From Octopus vulgaris (lineage: Eukaryota), in NCBI GenBank assembly GCA_951406725.2, contig OX597821.1:116126001-116190000 (forward strand): DNA of 64,000 nucleotides. The letters are read 5' to 3'. The position numbers were made by a program, and so were the translations under genes. This document shows, piece by piece, positions 13,623 through 27,790 of this stretch. The notes beneath the pieces were generated by a model. It was not told the origin of the DNA. It did not search any database and saw only the letters and a program-made list of their open reading frames with translations. How positions within the stretch are numbered: the first letter of the stretch is position 1; each line of letters starts with the position of its first letter.

Positions 13623-14289
13623 AAAACATATTTGCATTTTTGCCTATCTGGAAAAGTAATGGAGTGTATATTTTCTAAGGTAATATGACTGTCATGGAAG
13701 CTACATTTGAAATATACTAAAATATATAAATGAATAAAACCAACAAACAGACGAAAATCCTATTTTGTGGTGAGAGCTCCATAATCGTCCGTGTTTATTT
13801 TGTATGTTTCACATCTGTCATGAAAATCTGAGTTAAACCGACAAAAACACCAGAATTTATCATTTAATTATCTGACAGGAATCAAATTCTAGTTCTTATC
13901 ACGGAGACGTTGTAAATAGTCTGAGAAAGAAAAAGATATTTCCACGTAGATGAAGTTTAAGAAATAAAGTTGCTATATTTAGATTATAATTCGGCTTTCT
14001 GCAGAACATTACTTGTAGAATATTTTTCTGCAGAAATTTTACGTTTAAATTTCTGGTATTTCGGACATTACAAGCGTGTACAAAAAAAGGAAATAAGAAA
14101 AATGTATATATTTCGTAAATAAGTAGCCTATATTATATTTGTATTGATATGTTAAATCAGTAAACCTGTCAACGTGAAATGACCATTATAAAAGCCACCC
14201 AGTGAGCCAGTACTGAGCTACAGATTTATGGAATGAGGCAACAGAAGATAAATATCCCAATGAATAGGATGTCAAGCTATCGACCATAA

Positions 14290-14610
14290 GGAGAGTTTAC
14301 GAAAAAAAAAAACAAAAGACGAAGACAGGTGGTGTACAAAACAAACAGATGTATTAGTATAACGCTCAGGAATAGAAAAAGTCTTTTAAGTTTCGAGCCT
14401 ACGCTCTTCTACAGAAAGGGACACAGAAAAAACAAGGAGAGAAAATATGTGTGTAGTGGCTAACGATCTATCATTGCGACTGACTCGGACAGAAGGGTCA
14501 CACATGAGAGGGAAAGTAGGGGAGATAACAAAGTAAAGATGACCCCCCAACGTGAAGGTGCGTGTGTGTATAAGAGAGTATGTATGTGCGTGTGAAAGAG
14601 GGCTGGTGAA
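14290..14610 (-). mobile_element. Penelope-like terminal-repeat fragment with minimal hammerhead variant
   Basis: Same family as 45875-46050, with short pieces at 18530, 20672 and 26985; minus strand reads CTTT-CTGTAGA-A-GAGC(gtag)GCTC-GAAAC-TTA-AAAG. Confidence 0.6.
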
Positions 14611-14661
14611 CATTCCCAGATGGTGCTTCTATACGATGCTTATCTATTTATCAAATATACA

Positions 14662-14995
14662 GACGCAGGTATGGCTGTGTGGTTACAAGCTTGCGTTGTA
14701 ACTACATGATTCCGGGTTCCAGGTTCATTCCTACTACATGGCACCTCGGGCAAGTGTCTTGCACTATAACATCACACTGACCAAAGCCTTGTGAGTGAAT
14801 TTGGTAGACGGAGACTGAATGCAGTTTCGCACCTCTCCTTGAAAAATGCATTTTTTTGAAAATATTTCTTTTGAAAGAGAATTGATAGAATAAGTGCCAG
14901 GCTTCAACTATAAAGTACTGGGGTCGATTCATTTGACTAAAAGTTCTTCAAGGCCGAACCCCAGATTGGGCGCACTCTAATAACTGAAAAAGATA
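14662..14995 (+). mobile_element. Diverged SINE family B
   Basis: GGCTGTGTGGTTAC...GGCAAGTGTCTT...CCAAAGCCTTGTGAGTG...GATAGAATAAG. Confidence 0.8.
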
Positions 14996-15288
14996 AACGA
15001 TATGTTTGCATATCGGGAAACTCACCATGGTTATGTTATTTACAGGCTATCCCACACTAGTTAAGGTAATGTAATTGATGTTGAATTTAAATAATTATAG
15101 ACTGATGTCATGATGCCTGGGAGAAAACACCGTGGTCAGTGAATGGTGGGGCGTACGAAAGGATTATATTTATTTGGTTTATTTCTACAAATCTCTTGTT
15201 ATACTGAAGAGGCGGAACAAGGGAAATCGAGTGATGCATTGCTCTCTGGTTTAGTGAGGTAGGAATCATACTGGTAGAGAGGGAGAAA

Positions 15289-15334
<46 letters not shown>

Positions 15335-16248
15335 GCAACGGGCAGTTGCAGGATGCTGGAGAGTGAAGGTTTGTTAATCAGAAGTAGATGGAATATTCCA
15401 TTGTAGAGGTGATTATCCACCATGTGTAGAGAGTCAGCAGCTGTTTCAGAACTGAAAAAGTATCTGTTCCTAAAGAAAAGACTTAACTGTTAGAATTTTT
15501 TTTCTATTATAGGTATGACATCATCACAATACCTTACTAGAGCTTGTGAGTGTCAACATATGTAAAGGATGTGACAACTTTAGTAGTGAGTTACTAATGA
15601 TTACGTGGAATATAATATCACATTTCTCCGATAAGCGTAATATGCGTTCTGTGTTGTTGAAGGAAGCTAAATTACCACGTCCGCATTTAGAGGGTGGTTT
15701 AGGGATTTTGTTCCTTCTTTTATGTCTTTTAAGGTTTTATCATGTTTTTAATGTTTTATTCACGTCATGTGCGTAATTTATACGTAATAAGACAGTAGGA
15801 TCCAAGGGCAAAAATATTATACAAATTGTTCACATGGAATAAGTTTTATGTGGTGAAATGGAAGTGGAAAAGCAATTTAACGATTCGGACAGACGACGTT
15901 CATCATATAGAGACGAAATATCAACTGGTGTTAAAGGATATAAAGTAAGATTTGATGGGGAAGCAGAGGAAGTTGAGACAAAACTGAAGGCGGTAGAGAT
16001 AATGCGTGCTGGTAGCGAAATAACAGTTACAGAGAAGCGAAAATAAAAGAATCAGGAGCAGATACGAAAAAAAAATATCAGTCGGGGTGGCGATGTTAGT
16101 TACAGGGAATCATTGTACAAATATCCAAACGCATGTACACAAATATTTACTTCAGGATACATAAACGTACACACATATATATGTACGGAAATTTGAAGCC
16201 AACAATAAAACTTTCTACCAATAATGATTACATGCAGGCATACACATG

Positions 16249-17733
16249 CAGGCATAGCTCACTCTACGTTGTTAACTGATTCCAGGAGACATGACTTAAG
16301 TCGAATTAGCTTGTATCTTGGCTAGCCTCTGCCGAATTTACTTGTCTCTAGGCTAAACCGATAATAACCATTCCCAGTTCTGTACTTTATTTATGAATGC
16401 ATTTTCAATAATACATGGTTAATAAAAGCCTATTTTAAGCTTACAAGCGAATAATTTTTATTTTTTAATACAGTACAGTAAAAAAAAGGTAATCTAAACT
16501 TATGAAAATAATTTGGCGGTGTTTACCATACATCACAAACACTTTATTTATGAATGCGGTTTGCAATGGTAAAATAAAATCCTTTTTTAAGCTTAAAAAA
16601 CAAATTCAGTAATTATTGTTATTTTGCAATAGTAAAGAAACTAAATTATTTAAAATTTATGTACATACAATTTGGTGGTTTACATCGCAGATGTAGATGA
16701 CTGTGGATCGTCAACATCAACAGTGCCTTTGTTCTTGTTGTTCGATGCACTTAAAAATCTGTTGAGAGTTCCTTGAACTGTCTTCTTTTCCTCAAGGATT
16801 ACATTATAAGAAGCAAAAGCTTCGTGACAAGCCCCCATAATCTTGGGAAAGCGTTGGGCATTTTGATCCATATCCTCGAACATAGACCTTTTTCGATATA
16901 TGCAAATGCTTGCTGCATTTTCTTCATGGTAAAGTCATGTGGCGCAGGTTTGCAACTTCTTTATTTTCCTACTCGTGAAGCTCTATCAAATCCTCATTTG
17001 CCAGAGGCTGCTTATTTTTTTTCAAATAAATCTGTGAAATGCTCTTCCTCCAAATTCATTTCCAGTTCTTTGGTCGTAGTCACCATGTGCTAAAATCGCG
17101 ATCTTATTATGTACAATCGTTGATACAGCTGTCCGACTCATCCCAAAAGATCGTGCAATTGCTACCACTTTTTCACCTTTTTCGTGGCGTTTTATCGCAG
17201 CCAGTTTATCTTCCAGCGTATAACGCTTAGTACTTCCACTATGAATTTTCTTAGGAGCCATGGGAGCAAAAAATAAAGTCACAAATAAATGAGAATTAGA
17301 AATTGGCCAATAAACAGACAAGCAAATCTGAATTGAAAACAATCGCGGGAATCACGAGGGACAACGATGCCTCACGGTAGATATTGGAACTACAGGGCAA
17401 TATGAGCTCCGAAAGACCGATAAGAGAACACAGTTGATTTCAGGATTTCGTTCACTAAGCTACACTACTCTATGATGTGTTATCTTAACATTTACTGTGC
17501 TTATTTTAATATGATTTTATTTGCGTTTATTCTTATTTATTGTACAGTAACATGAATTTTTGTGCTTTTAACGGTTTTCTAGTGATTTTACGATTCCAGT
17601 ATTTGTGGCAGACAGACGTAAAGTCGAGTAAAATGACTTATCTTGATTTTTATTTTTCCATATATTATTTTTGAAAACTGACGCATAATCGAGAGCGACT
17701 TAAATCGAAACGATTTAGGCCGAGCTATGCCTG
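16249..17733 (-). mobile_element. Internally deleted pogo/Tigger-family DNA transposon
   Basis: TIRs CAGGCATAGCTC (16249-16260) and GAGCTATGCCTG (17722-17733) followed by TA; N-terminal psq/CENP-B-like HTH MAPKK...YTLEDKLAAIKRHEKGEKVVAIARSFGMSRTAVSTIVHNK joined to the C-terminus; DDE region absent. Confidence 0.85.
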
Positions 17734-18329
17734 TATATTAAACACATACATATGTATACATGCGCATACATATTTTTATGTGTGTGTGTATTACGTGTAT
17801 ACTTCCACATCATTCTGTTTTGAATTGTCGTTTTTGTATAAATATTGTTTATAATAAAATATAAATTAACTCTACATCTTGTTCGTGTTTCTAAACTCTC
17901 CATTAAATAACTGCTTTAATTTTACCCTTCACCTATTTCAATACAGCTCCTGCGTTCCTACTAGTCTTTCCTTTTTCCGCACATCTACTGTTTCACTTTA
18001 TAAAACTATATAAAAGCCATTGTTTGTTGGGTTTCCGTTGGACCGTTCGTAACGGAGAAGGAACAAGGAAGAGAGAGAAAATGAGAGAGGGGGGAAAAAG
18101 AGAGGGAGAAAGAAATTGAATGATAAGCTGTCATTTTAAGTACCATTGCGATTTCACTCTTGCGGCCGATTGTGTGCGTAGGTGTATGTTTTAGCAGAAG
18201 AAATAGAGATTGACAGAGAGAGGGGGAGAGACTGGGAAAGGAAGTGGGAGACGGCGAAAGTGAATTAGCAAATGGATCTAGGGGAGTTGGAGATAAAATT
18301 TTAACTCAATTATCTTCAACAAAGCACTG

Positions 18330-18492
18330 CCTTGAAGGGTTTTAACCGAGCGGATGGACGCCTGCGCGCATTTCTATTCGTCTCTTTTGCCGAAACATTA
18401 AGTTACGGAGACGTAAACAAACCAGCACTGGCTGCCAAGCGGTGGTAGAAGACAATCACGAAGGTACACACACACGTGCATAGACATGTGTG

Positions 18493-18529
<37 letters not shown>

Positions 18530-18740
18530 CTGAAATTTACAGAAGAACAAAAGACGAAGACAGGTGTATAAACAAATATACACGACAAGTTTCTTTAATT
18601 TACCACCTTCCAAATCTATTCACAAAACTTTGTTCGGTCCAAGGTTATAATAAAAGACATTTACTCGTCCAAGACACCACACAATGAAGCTGAACTCTGA
18701 AGTCTGTGGTTGGGAAGCAAACTTCTTACCACGCAGGTGC
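18330..18740 (-). mobile_element. Diverged SINE family B
   Basis: GTCTCTTTTGCCGAA..AAGTTACGGAGACGTAAAC...GGAAGCAAACTTCTTACCAC. Confidence 0.7.
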
Positions 18741-19059
18741 CCATGAATAAAATTACCAAGTTAATTCACTTGAAATATGCACGTATAAAATAAAGCAAAT
18801 TAAAGCTACGGTAATTGCGTACGTGGAACGGTTTATATTTAAAATTTATACATATTTCCTAAGAATTTATTTTACTTTTCAGTTTCAGCAAATTACCGTG
18901 TCATTAGAAATTTCAACCAACAGTCAATTTGTAATGAAAAGAGCTAGATAGCCAGCACATAGAGAAAGTGGGAGTAACAGGTGAGTGTGCGAGGGAGTAA
19001 GTGTTGTATTATAGAACTGAAAGCGCAAACGACAGAAATATTGTTGGTATATGGTATCT

Positions 19060-19395
19060 TTTACTTCTTTCACTCATGGGACTGCCTTGAAGAGTTTAGT
19101 CTATCAGATCGACACTAGAGCTTATTTTTTAAGTCTGGTAGTTGTTGTATCGATCTTTTGTCAAATCGTTAAGTTACAGGGATACAAACAAAGCAACGGT
19201 GTTTGTTAAGCAGTGGTGGTAGTGGGAATAAACACAGACACAAACGCAAACATAAATACATATGGAACAGGTCTCTACATAGTTTCCGTTTATCAAAACC
19301 ACTCACAGGGCATTTGTTATCCCGTGGTTATAGGTACAAAATTCTTTCCCAAGGTGCCACACAATGGTAATGAACCTGAAACCACGTCCTTCAAA
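19060..19395 (-). mobile_element. Highly diverged SINE family B
   Basis: AAGTTACAGGGA...CCCAAGGTGCCACAC..TGAACC. Confidence 0.6.
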
Positions 19396-20399
19396 TCAAG
19401 GCGTAGCCTTGATATACAGAGAACTGATAGAGATAGAGATACAACGTGTTTACATGCGATCAGAGATTGGTGAAGATAGTGAAGTTTTGACTAAAGTCTT
19501 CTGAATTTGTAGCTGAAATATAAGAATAGTTCTCCGGATAGCTATTTCTCATTATTTATGTTTTAAGGCTTAGAATCAAGTCAAATATAATACATTAAGA
19601 AGAAACTAACTTTCTTCCTTGTTGAGGATAAAGGTTAACATCACTGGTTAAATAAAATCTACTACTTTTTTTCCAAATAAGGAGGGTAATCTTTTATCTT
19701 CAGTAGCTTCATGCTCCAGTGAAATTGGCTACACTTCATCAAAATATTGGATGAGACTTGCTTCATTTCATTGGATTTTTATTATAATGTTCTTTTTAGA
19801 TAACGTTTATCTAAAATCAAACAAGTTTCACATGTTCAAAAATTTAAATTGCATAATTTCTTTTTTGAAATTTTTGTCTTCGATGCTTTACTGGCATTCT
19901 GTGTGAACATTTCGGACTTCTTGAACTTGTTCGATGTTTTTCCGATTCTTATACCATGCTATCTGCTTCGGCTTCTTCTGGCAACTTCGGTCACTTCCAT
20001 AGCATTTCTTGTCATGGATGTTGAAACAAGTGCATCCTCGTGAAAGCATATGTATCCCTCATTCAATAATGCTAAAACTTAGTCAATAATTTACATTTAA
20101 ACTTTAAAAATCTGATATACCAAATTCTAACTTTACGGAATTTGTTTCAGACAATTATATTACATCCCTGAACTCTAATGCAATCCAATATATATATATA
20201 TAAAAGAAAAAGCGTCACCAAGTCTAAACAAAGTAATTTATATTAATTGCGCCGTTTTCCTCGTTTCTGGTTCACTGTACAATTTCATTATGAACCAAAA
20301 GACACTTGTTTCTATGGTAAAAATATTTAAAACAACTTGTTACTTTTAGACTTAAGTTTTATTCTTAACTTCCAGAATCACAAAGACTTTCCTCAGATA

Positions 20400-20612
20400 C
20401 TCTTTTACCTGTTCCAGTCATTGGACAGCAGCCATGCTGGGGCATTGTCTCGAAGGGTTTCAATTGAGTGAATGGACGCCTGTGCTTATTCTAACTGTCT
20501 CTTTCACCGAACCATTAATTCACGGGGGGCGTAAACAAACCAACACCGGTTGTCAAGCAGTGGTGAAGGACAATCACAAAGACACGCACATACGTACACA
20601 GACGTGTGTGTG
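20400..20612 (-). mobile_element. SINE family B 3' half
   Basis: CTTTTACCTGTTCCAGTCATTGGAC..GCCATGCTGG...TTGTCAAGCAGTGG. Confidence 0.7.
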
Positions 20613-20637
20613 TTTTGTCCATCTATCTATCTATCTA

Positions 20638-20676
<39 letters not shown>

Positions 20677-20718
20677 GAAATTTATAGAAAGACAAAAGAC
20701 GAAGACTATCTATCTATC

Positions 20719-22495
20719 GATGAAATAGTAATGATTCCTACGTAGCTAGGCCGCAGGGTTACAAAAATAAAAATTAAAGATGTGCCCCCTGAAATTGAAG
20801 CCCGATGGCTGGTGTCAGCCATCTGTTACAATTTCGAGTAAGTTATTAATATCTTGGAAATTGCCGTCCTCGAACAACACAACCGGATAGGCCAAGCGTT
20901 CTAACTCTTGGCTCAATCCAATCAAGAGATGATAGAAAATGTTCCAGATCTTATAAAACTGCTGGACGGTACCACCTTACATGTGACCATTGAAGGCGGA
21001 TGACCACGCTCTCACCTTTGTTGAAGCAAAAACCATTTTAAAATTGACTGCACAATATTGAAAGAGCAACAGCAGCAACAACACAAACAACAACAAAAAC
21101 AGCAACAACAGAAAGAAAACACTACCCGAAAACCAGCACTGTTACCCACACCGCCATCAACACAAAAATTGAAAGAGCTCCACGAAAAGATGAAACAGCT
21201 CCACAAAACAACAAACCAACTAAACCAACCCAACCAATCAACACAACCAACAGCAGAATTAGCTCATTAGTTAATAGGGCGTTGACGGGGGCCATCGTCA
21301 ACTACAAATGGTTTGCCCTAAAAAGGTCAATTAAAGCAGAATCAACAAGGCTTTAGCGACAGACCGAAATAGAATAGAGAGAAACTTTAGTTAAGAAATT
21401 AGAAGAGTCACTTTGAACTGGCATCGCGTCCAACGTGCTAGCGGCGAGGTTGGCCCTTGATCAACACTTCAACGCCAAACACGAAGGTTGCGTTGTCAGA
21501 GCTAGGATGCGTACTCTGAGAAACGAAGAAATTGCAGTCGCCTAAGAAACCCGGGTGGCGAAGGTGCGACGTGGCAACGAATCCACCATTCGCTCTCTGA
21601 TGGATGAGCAGGGGCGCGAATTACTTTTGCCCGAAGGGATGTGTGAAACCTTTCAGTAGCACTCTCCCTACTGTTCGGGACGACTGGCGGGTCAGAACGC
21701 AGGGTGGACTTTATTGCCTACCTGCATAGCCTACCACGACTCTCAGCAAAAGAGGCAGAGTGTTGTGAAAGACCCATCACAGCCGTGGATGTACGGAACG
21801 CGATGGCAGGCTGCGTGAGCGACAAGTCGCCGGGCTTGGATGGTCTGTCCTACGAGCTTTATTGTCATATGCCAAACTCTGTTTGGAGAAGTATTGGCAA
21901 CGGTCTACTGCAACTGGTAGCAAAACGGGAGTACCCCCAGCTTTGTGAGCCGAGGAGCGCTGACACTGCAAAAGAAAAACCTAAACAAGGGGGACGTTAT
22001 AGATAATTTCTGGCCTATCACTCTGCTCAACGCAGATTTGAACATTTTGGCCAAGGTGCTAGACGAGAGGTCAGCGCTTGTCATCGAGAAACTGGTTGAC
22101 AAGGCACAAACATGCGCCGTGCCGGGCAGTAGTATCCATGACAACCACCATAGACAGGGTAGTTAAGGAACCTGGCATGGGTGATACGCAGATCAATTTG
22201 GAGCAATCGAAAGCTTTCGATACGGTCTACTATCGTTACTTGAAGGCTGTCCTTAGGGCGGCTGGTTTTGGTCCCGTCTTACGCGGTTGGATCGCTGTTC
22301 TATACAGCGGCATCTGCTCGGTAGTTCGCGTAAATGGTCATCTAACCAGACCATCACACGTTCGGTCCGTCAAGGTTGTTCCCTCTAGTCACGCTTGCAT
22401 GTATTGACTCTAGGGCCATTACTGTGGAAGCTGGCGACGCTGAGGGGCATCTCGCGAGAAATGGGATGTTGGAGGAGCGTGTCTGCACACGTATT
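20719..22495 (+). mobile_element. Decayed Tx1/L1-type LINE: ORF1 relic joined to ORF2 RT, endonuclease deleted
   Basis: ORF1: MIPT*LGRRVTKIKIKDVPPEIEARWL...VTIEGG*PRSHLC*SKNHFKIDC. ORF2: KSPGLDGLSYELY, WPITLLNADLNILAKVL, QSKAFDTV, SVRQGC. Ends before YADD in (CA)n. Confidence 0.85.
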
Positions 22496-22515
22496 AGCAC
22501 ACACACACACACACA

Positions 22516-22580
<65 letters not shown>

Positions 22581-22649
22581 AAACGCGCGCCCCTGCACCC
22601 GCACGCACAGCTGAAGCAAACGCTGCTGATATACACTGCGTATAAATCA

Positions 22650-24120
22650 ACAATTTTGTGTACGTAGGTTTAGGCAGCCTAGGGCTGATGAGTTTGATGT
22701 GGCAAATTGTTCTTTTAAGTCTATACATACTCTACTATCTGAAGGAAAACTTTCCTAACCAGGGGTTTGGTTGACTCTATAGCGATAACGCTTTTCTAAT
22801 TACTTCTGGATGTTCCCAGTCAGTGATGTAGAAACCTATAAAATGTCTCCACTTTTTTCGGTAATACTCTCTCTCCATATCTTTCAAAAAGTGCAGTTAG
22901 AGGATTAACTTTCTAAGCATTACATTAGGTCTAAATTCACAATGTTAGTCGTACATCAAACTCAAAAGGAATCCCTATTACGTTTACATCATCCAGGTAT
23001 GTCGTCGACGGATTGGTTAGGAATATCTCGGTTATGATCTTCAACCTTTCCATCAAATGTATCTTCTACAAAAATGAGAATTCCAAGAGAGCGGGTTTTA
23101 ATGATATTTATAATTTATCCTGCACACTAAGCTTGAACTTGCACAAAAGGGCTGCAGAGGTACAGAGAGACCGCAATTGTAGTGGGAACACGCTGAACAT
23201 TGGCTTACTCAATACGCGTCGAATAACCTTCGGACCCGCAGCCGACCCATAAGTTAAATGGAGCAGCAACTCACCGCGGCGACGGTCTAACTTCTAGGAA
23301 GGCTAGCAATTAGCCCACAGGGCTCAGTAATGGTCCCATGTACATTAATCGAGAGGTGTATGGAGTACGATCCGGTGCTTGGAACAGGTTCCTTTGGGCA
23401 TTAAACCAAGGTCCCCTCTCTTCTCACATGAAAGGATGACCCACCCAGGTGGTAGACAAGAAAAGAAAGAGGTTATTTGGAATGAACATCTCTTCTTGTC
23501 TAACTCAAAACTAACATCTTCACAATTCTTTTCCAGATCCAAGAAAAAGCTTTTCCTACGTAGGTTAGGTACCGTGGCATTTCAACAAGTATACCGTTAA
23601 ACTTTCGTACTCAGCCGCACCGAATGGGGCCAGTGTTACAGTTGTTTCAAATAGGTTGAAGCTTGATAAATATAATACACGGATCTACTTATTGGAAATG
23701 GTAGATTCGGAGGCTTACATTCGAGTCAACCTCAACTCGGCTCACATACACCTCGGTGCCTGCTCCAGAAGAACCTGTAGAGTGGTAATGATATGGGGGA
23801 TGGTATTTCAAGGAATTCACGGAATTTGTGCGAATCTAGACCTTACACCATAAGTTGCAAATACTAGGGATGCGTCCTGCCACCTACTACAGAACTGGTG
23901 TCCCCCAACCAACCAGTCTGGCTCAAGCCCCCATCACATGGATGTAACGTTGCGGATTACGCCTTGAATAGGCAATGCTCACGTTGTGTATCAATGTGAG
24001 CTAATTACACACAATACTGGGAAATTTTACATAGGAGCCATTGTAAACTCAGTAAAACAACGTATTTCTTTACATAGGCATTACTCCAACAAGGAACTTG
24101 GTAAAACGGTGCTCAGTATT
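22650..24120 (+). mobile_element. Decayed Penelope-like element (RT plus GIY-YIG endonuclease)
   Basis: LYSDNAF (GLYRDD-like, ~22776), INFLSITL, RNISVMIFNLS..KRAGF, KKEVIWN, YTVKLSYS, VVYQC...KFYIG...VKQRISLH. Confidence 0.75.
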
Positions 24121-24385
24121 TGTTTGGTAGGTATTACATCGGGTTCTGTTTGCCAAAGATTTATGGTACAGGGACATAAACAAAGCAAGAACAACAGTTG
24201 TTAAGAAGGGAGAGACAAACACAAACACAAACATACGCACATATAGGAATATATTATGTGCACACACACATACATATACATACACATACGTATATATATC
24301 CGGACATTTACATACATGCTTGTACAGATGTACATATGTGCAGAGACAGACACATATTAATGTATTATGTGTGTGTGCATATACA

Positions 24386-24431
<46 letters not shown>

Positions 24432-24653
24432 CATATATAATAATTATTTGAGGGAATATTATTCCTAACTTACAAGGAAAAATTCAATTTAGAAATACTA
24501 AATCAAATTTCACAAAATATAATATATATATATATAAAAATTAGAAAAAAAACACCTTTTATCAATTCAAAATGAACTATTAAATTACACCACATAGAAA
24601 ATTACATATAATAGAAATATTGAAATATTAAAATATTAAAATATATATGTATG

Positions 24654-24692
<39 letters not shown>

Positions 24693-24974
24693 GTATGTGC
24701 ATATATGTATGTATATGTATATATATACTCGCTTTCACACACACACACACACACACATAATACGTACATAAATATGTGTGTGTCTGTGTGCATGTGTGCG
24801 CATATCTGCAACCAGCATTGGTTTGTTTACGGCCCCGTAACTTAATTGTTCAGTAAAATGACCGATGTCAGAAGAAGCAACGTTAAAGATAAGAACTTGG
24901 ATTGACCTCCTTGAATACCTGTTGGAAGACGGCGCGCGAATGAATACATACACACACACGCACGTATATATCTG

Positions 24975-25011
<37 letters not shown>

Positions 25012-25179
25012 AGGAGTGGCTGTGTGGTAAGTAGCTTGTTTACGAACCACATGGTTCCGAGTTCAGTCCCACTGCGTGGCACCTTGGGCGAGTGTCTTCT
25101 ACTATAGCCTCAGGTCGACCAAAGCCTTGTGAGTGGATTTGGTAGACGGAAACTGAAAGAAGCTCGTCGTATATATGTA

Positions 25180-25222
<43 letters not shown>

Positions 25223-25445
25223 TTGTGTGTCTGTGTTTGTACCCCCTCCCCCAACATCGCTTGACAACCGATGCTGGTGTGTTTACGTCCCGGTAACTTA
25301 GCGGTTCGGCAAAAGCGACCGATAGAATAAGTACTAGGCTTATAAAGAATAAGTCCTGGGGTCGATTTGCTCGACTAAAGGCGGTGTTCCAGCATGGCCA
25401 CAGTCAAATGAGTGAAACAAGTAAAATAGTAAAAAAAATAGTAAA
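25012..25445 (+). mobile_element. SINE family B, full length
   Basis: Close match to 11567-11975. Confidence 0.9.
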
Positions 25446-25484
25446 TATATATATATGTATGTATGTATGTATGTTTATATATGT

Positions 25485-25715
25485 CGGCGAGCTGGCAGAA
25501 ACGTTAGCACGCCGGGCAAAATGCGTAGCCGTATTTCGTCTGCCGTTAAGTGTTCTGAGTTCAAATTCCGCCGAGGTCGACTTTGCCTTTCATCCTGTCG
25601 GGGTCGATAAATTAAGTACCAGTTATGCACTGGAGTCGATGTGATCGATTTAATCCCTTTGTCTGTCCTTGTTTGTCCCCTCTATGTTTAGCCCCTTGTG
25701 GGTAGTAAAGAAATA
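25485..25715 (+). mobile_element. SINE family A, full length
   Basis: Close match to family A consensus. Confidence 0.9.
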
Positions 25716-25834
25716 TATATGTACATGTACATACACATCCATATACAAACACTAAAAGTGAAGTGTATTAGTAAATTTAAGGTGTTAAATCGAAATCTCG
25801 GTATTTGGAAACAATATGAACAATAATAACAATT

Positions 25835-26430
25835 CCTTCTACTGTAGGCACGTGGCCTTAAATTTTGCGTAGTCGATTATGACGGTATCCATGTTCAGGT
25901 TCTTACTTCATCGGTGGAATTTGAACTCAGAATGTAAAGAGCATGAAGAAATATCGCTAAGCATTTTGTCCGTCGTGTGAACGATTCTGCCTGATTGCTG
26001 CCTGAACAAGCACTCCGGACAAAATGCTTAGCACATTTCGTCCGTGTTTACATCCTGAATTCAATGTTGCCGAGACTTTGCCTTTTATCCTTTCGGGGTC
26101 GATAAATTAAGTACCAGTTAAACACCGGGGTCGATGTAATCGACTAGTCCCCTAGCCCTAAATTTCCGGCCTTGTGCCTTTAGTAGAAAGGATTATTACT
26201 GTTGTTACTAAGGCAGCGAGCTGGAACAATCGTTAGTACACCGGGTAAATTGCTTAGCGGCATTTTGTCTGTCTTTATGTTTTGAGTTCAAATTCCGCCG
26301 ATGTCGACTTTACCTTTCATTCTTTCAGTGTCGATAGAATAAGCACTAGTCAAGTACAGGGGTCGATGTAATCTACCACATTCCTCCCCCGAAATTACAA
26401 GCCTTATACCTATTGTAGAAAGGGCTGTTA
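25835..26430. mobile_element. Cluster of three older family A SINEs (-, +, +)
   Basis: 25835-26003 minus, 26010-26195 plus, 26212-26430 plus. Confidence 0.75.
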
Positions 26431-26639
26431 CTATTAGTACTATCATCTCACTGGACACCGAAGCATTGTGTTTTGTTTAACACGGTAAATTTATTAACTT
26501 TCAAAATTTCATTTAAATGGCAAGAAGTCACGTAAGCGTAACCACAATTCAAGAGATACAGGTCGAGATATTTTCTAATTCATTAGAACTTGTGTACTGT
26601 TTTGGAATAAAGATGTTTATATATTAAGATATATGTATC

Positions 26640-26793
26640 ATCTTTGGTGTGTGTGCATGTATGTATATATATATATATATATATATATTAATGTATACGT
26701 GTGTTTGTATATATGTGTGTGCGTGTACATATATATATTCATGTATATATATAATTATCTGTGTGTAGTTATATATATGTGTGTGTGTGTTTG

Positions 26794-26826
<33 letters not shown>

Positions 26827-26845
26827 ATATATATATGTATGTATG

Positions 26846-26876
<31 letters not shown>

Positions 26877-27096
26877 ATATATATATGTATGTATGTATAT
26901 ATATATATGTATGTATGTATATATATATGTATGTATATATATATATGTATGTATATATATATGTATGTATATATATATATATATGTTCGTTTGTTTTCCA
27001 CCTGCCTTCGTCTTTTGTTTATTTTCATAAAGCTTCCCGTTATATATATATATGTATGTATATATATATGTATGTATATATATATATGTATGTATG

Positions 27097-27128
<32 letters not shown>

Positions 27129-27462
27129 TGTATATATATATGTATGTATATATATATATATATCCTTAAATCCATAAATCCTTAAAAATGTTTTAGCCCG
27201 AAGGCCGCGGTATGCTGGGGCACCACCGCTGAATGAGCTACACTAGTTTGTGAATCCACCTCTGATACGTGGCATGTATATGTATGTATGTATGTATATA
27301 TATATATATGTATATGTATATGTATGTATATATATATATGTATGTATGTATATATATATACATATATATATATACATATATATATATACATATGTATGTA
27401 TGTATATATATATATATATGTATGTATGTATGTATGTATATATATATATGTATGTATGTATG

Positions 27463-27505
<43 letters not shown>

Positions 27506-27564
27506 ATCACTGCAGATGCATATCACTGCATATATCACAGATATGTATATATATATGTATGTAT

Positions 27565-27598
<34 letters not shown>

Positions 27599-27689
27599 GT
27601 ATATATATATGTATATATATATGTATGTATGTATGTATATATATATACATATATAAATATACATATATATATATACATATGTATGTATG

Positions 27690-27762
<73 letters not shown>

Positions 27763-27790
27763 GTACACACACACACTCACGCACATTTAC
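26640..27790. repeat. Compound (TA)n/(TATG)n microsatellite with short embedded repeat fragments
   Basis: Directly visible; interrupted at 26985-27040 and 27165-27275. Confidence 0.95.

Noticed and set aside
21058-21270. Poly-Q ORF
   Set aside because: Low-complexity tail of the decayed ORF1
22682-22700. Other CTGATGA/CTGACGA occurrences (also ~47451, ~49638, ~56643)
   Set aside because: No stem II with GAAA and no compatible stems I/III
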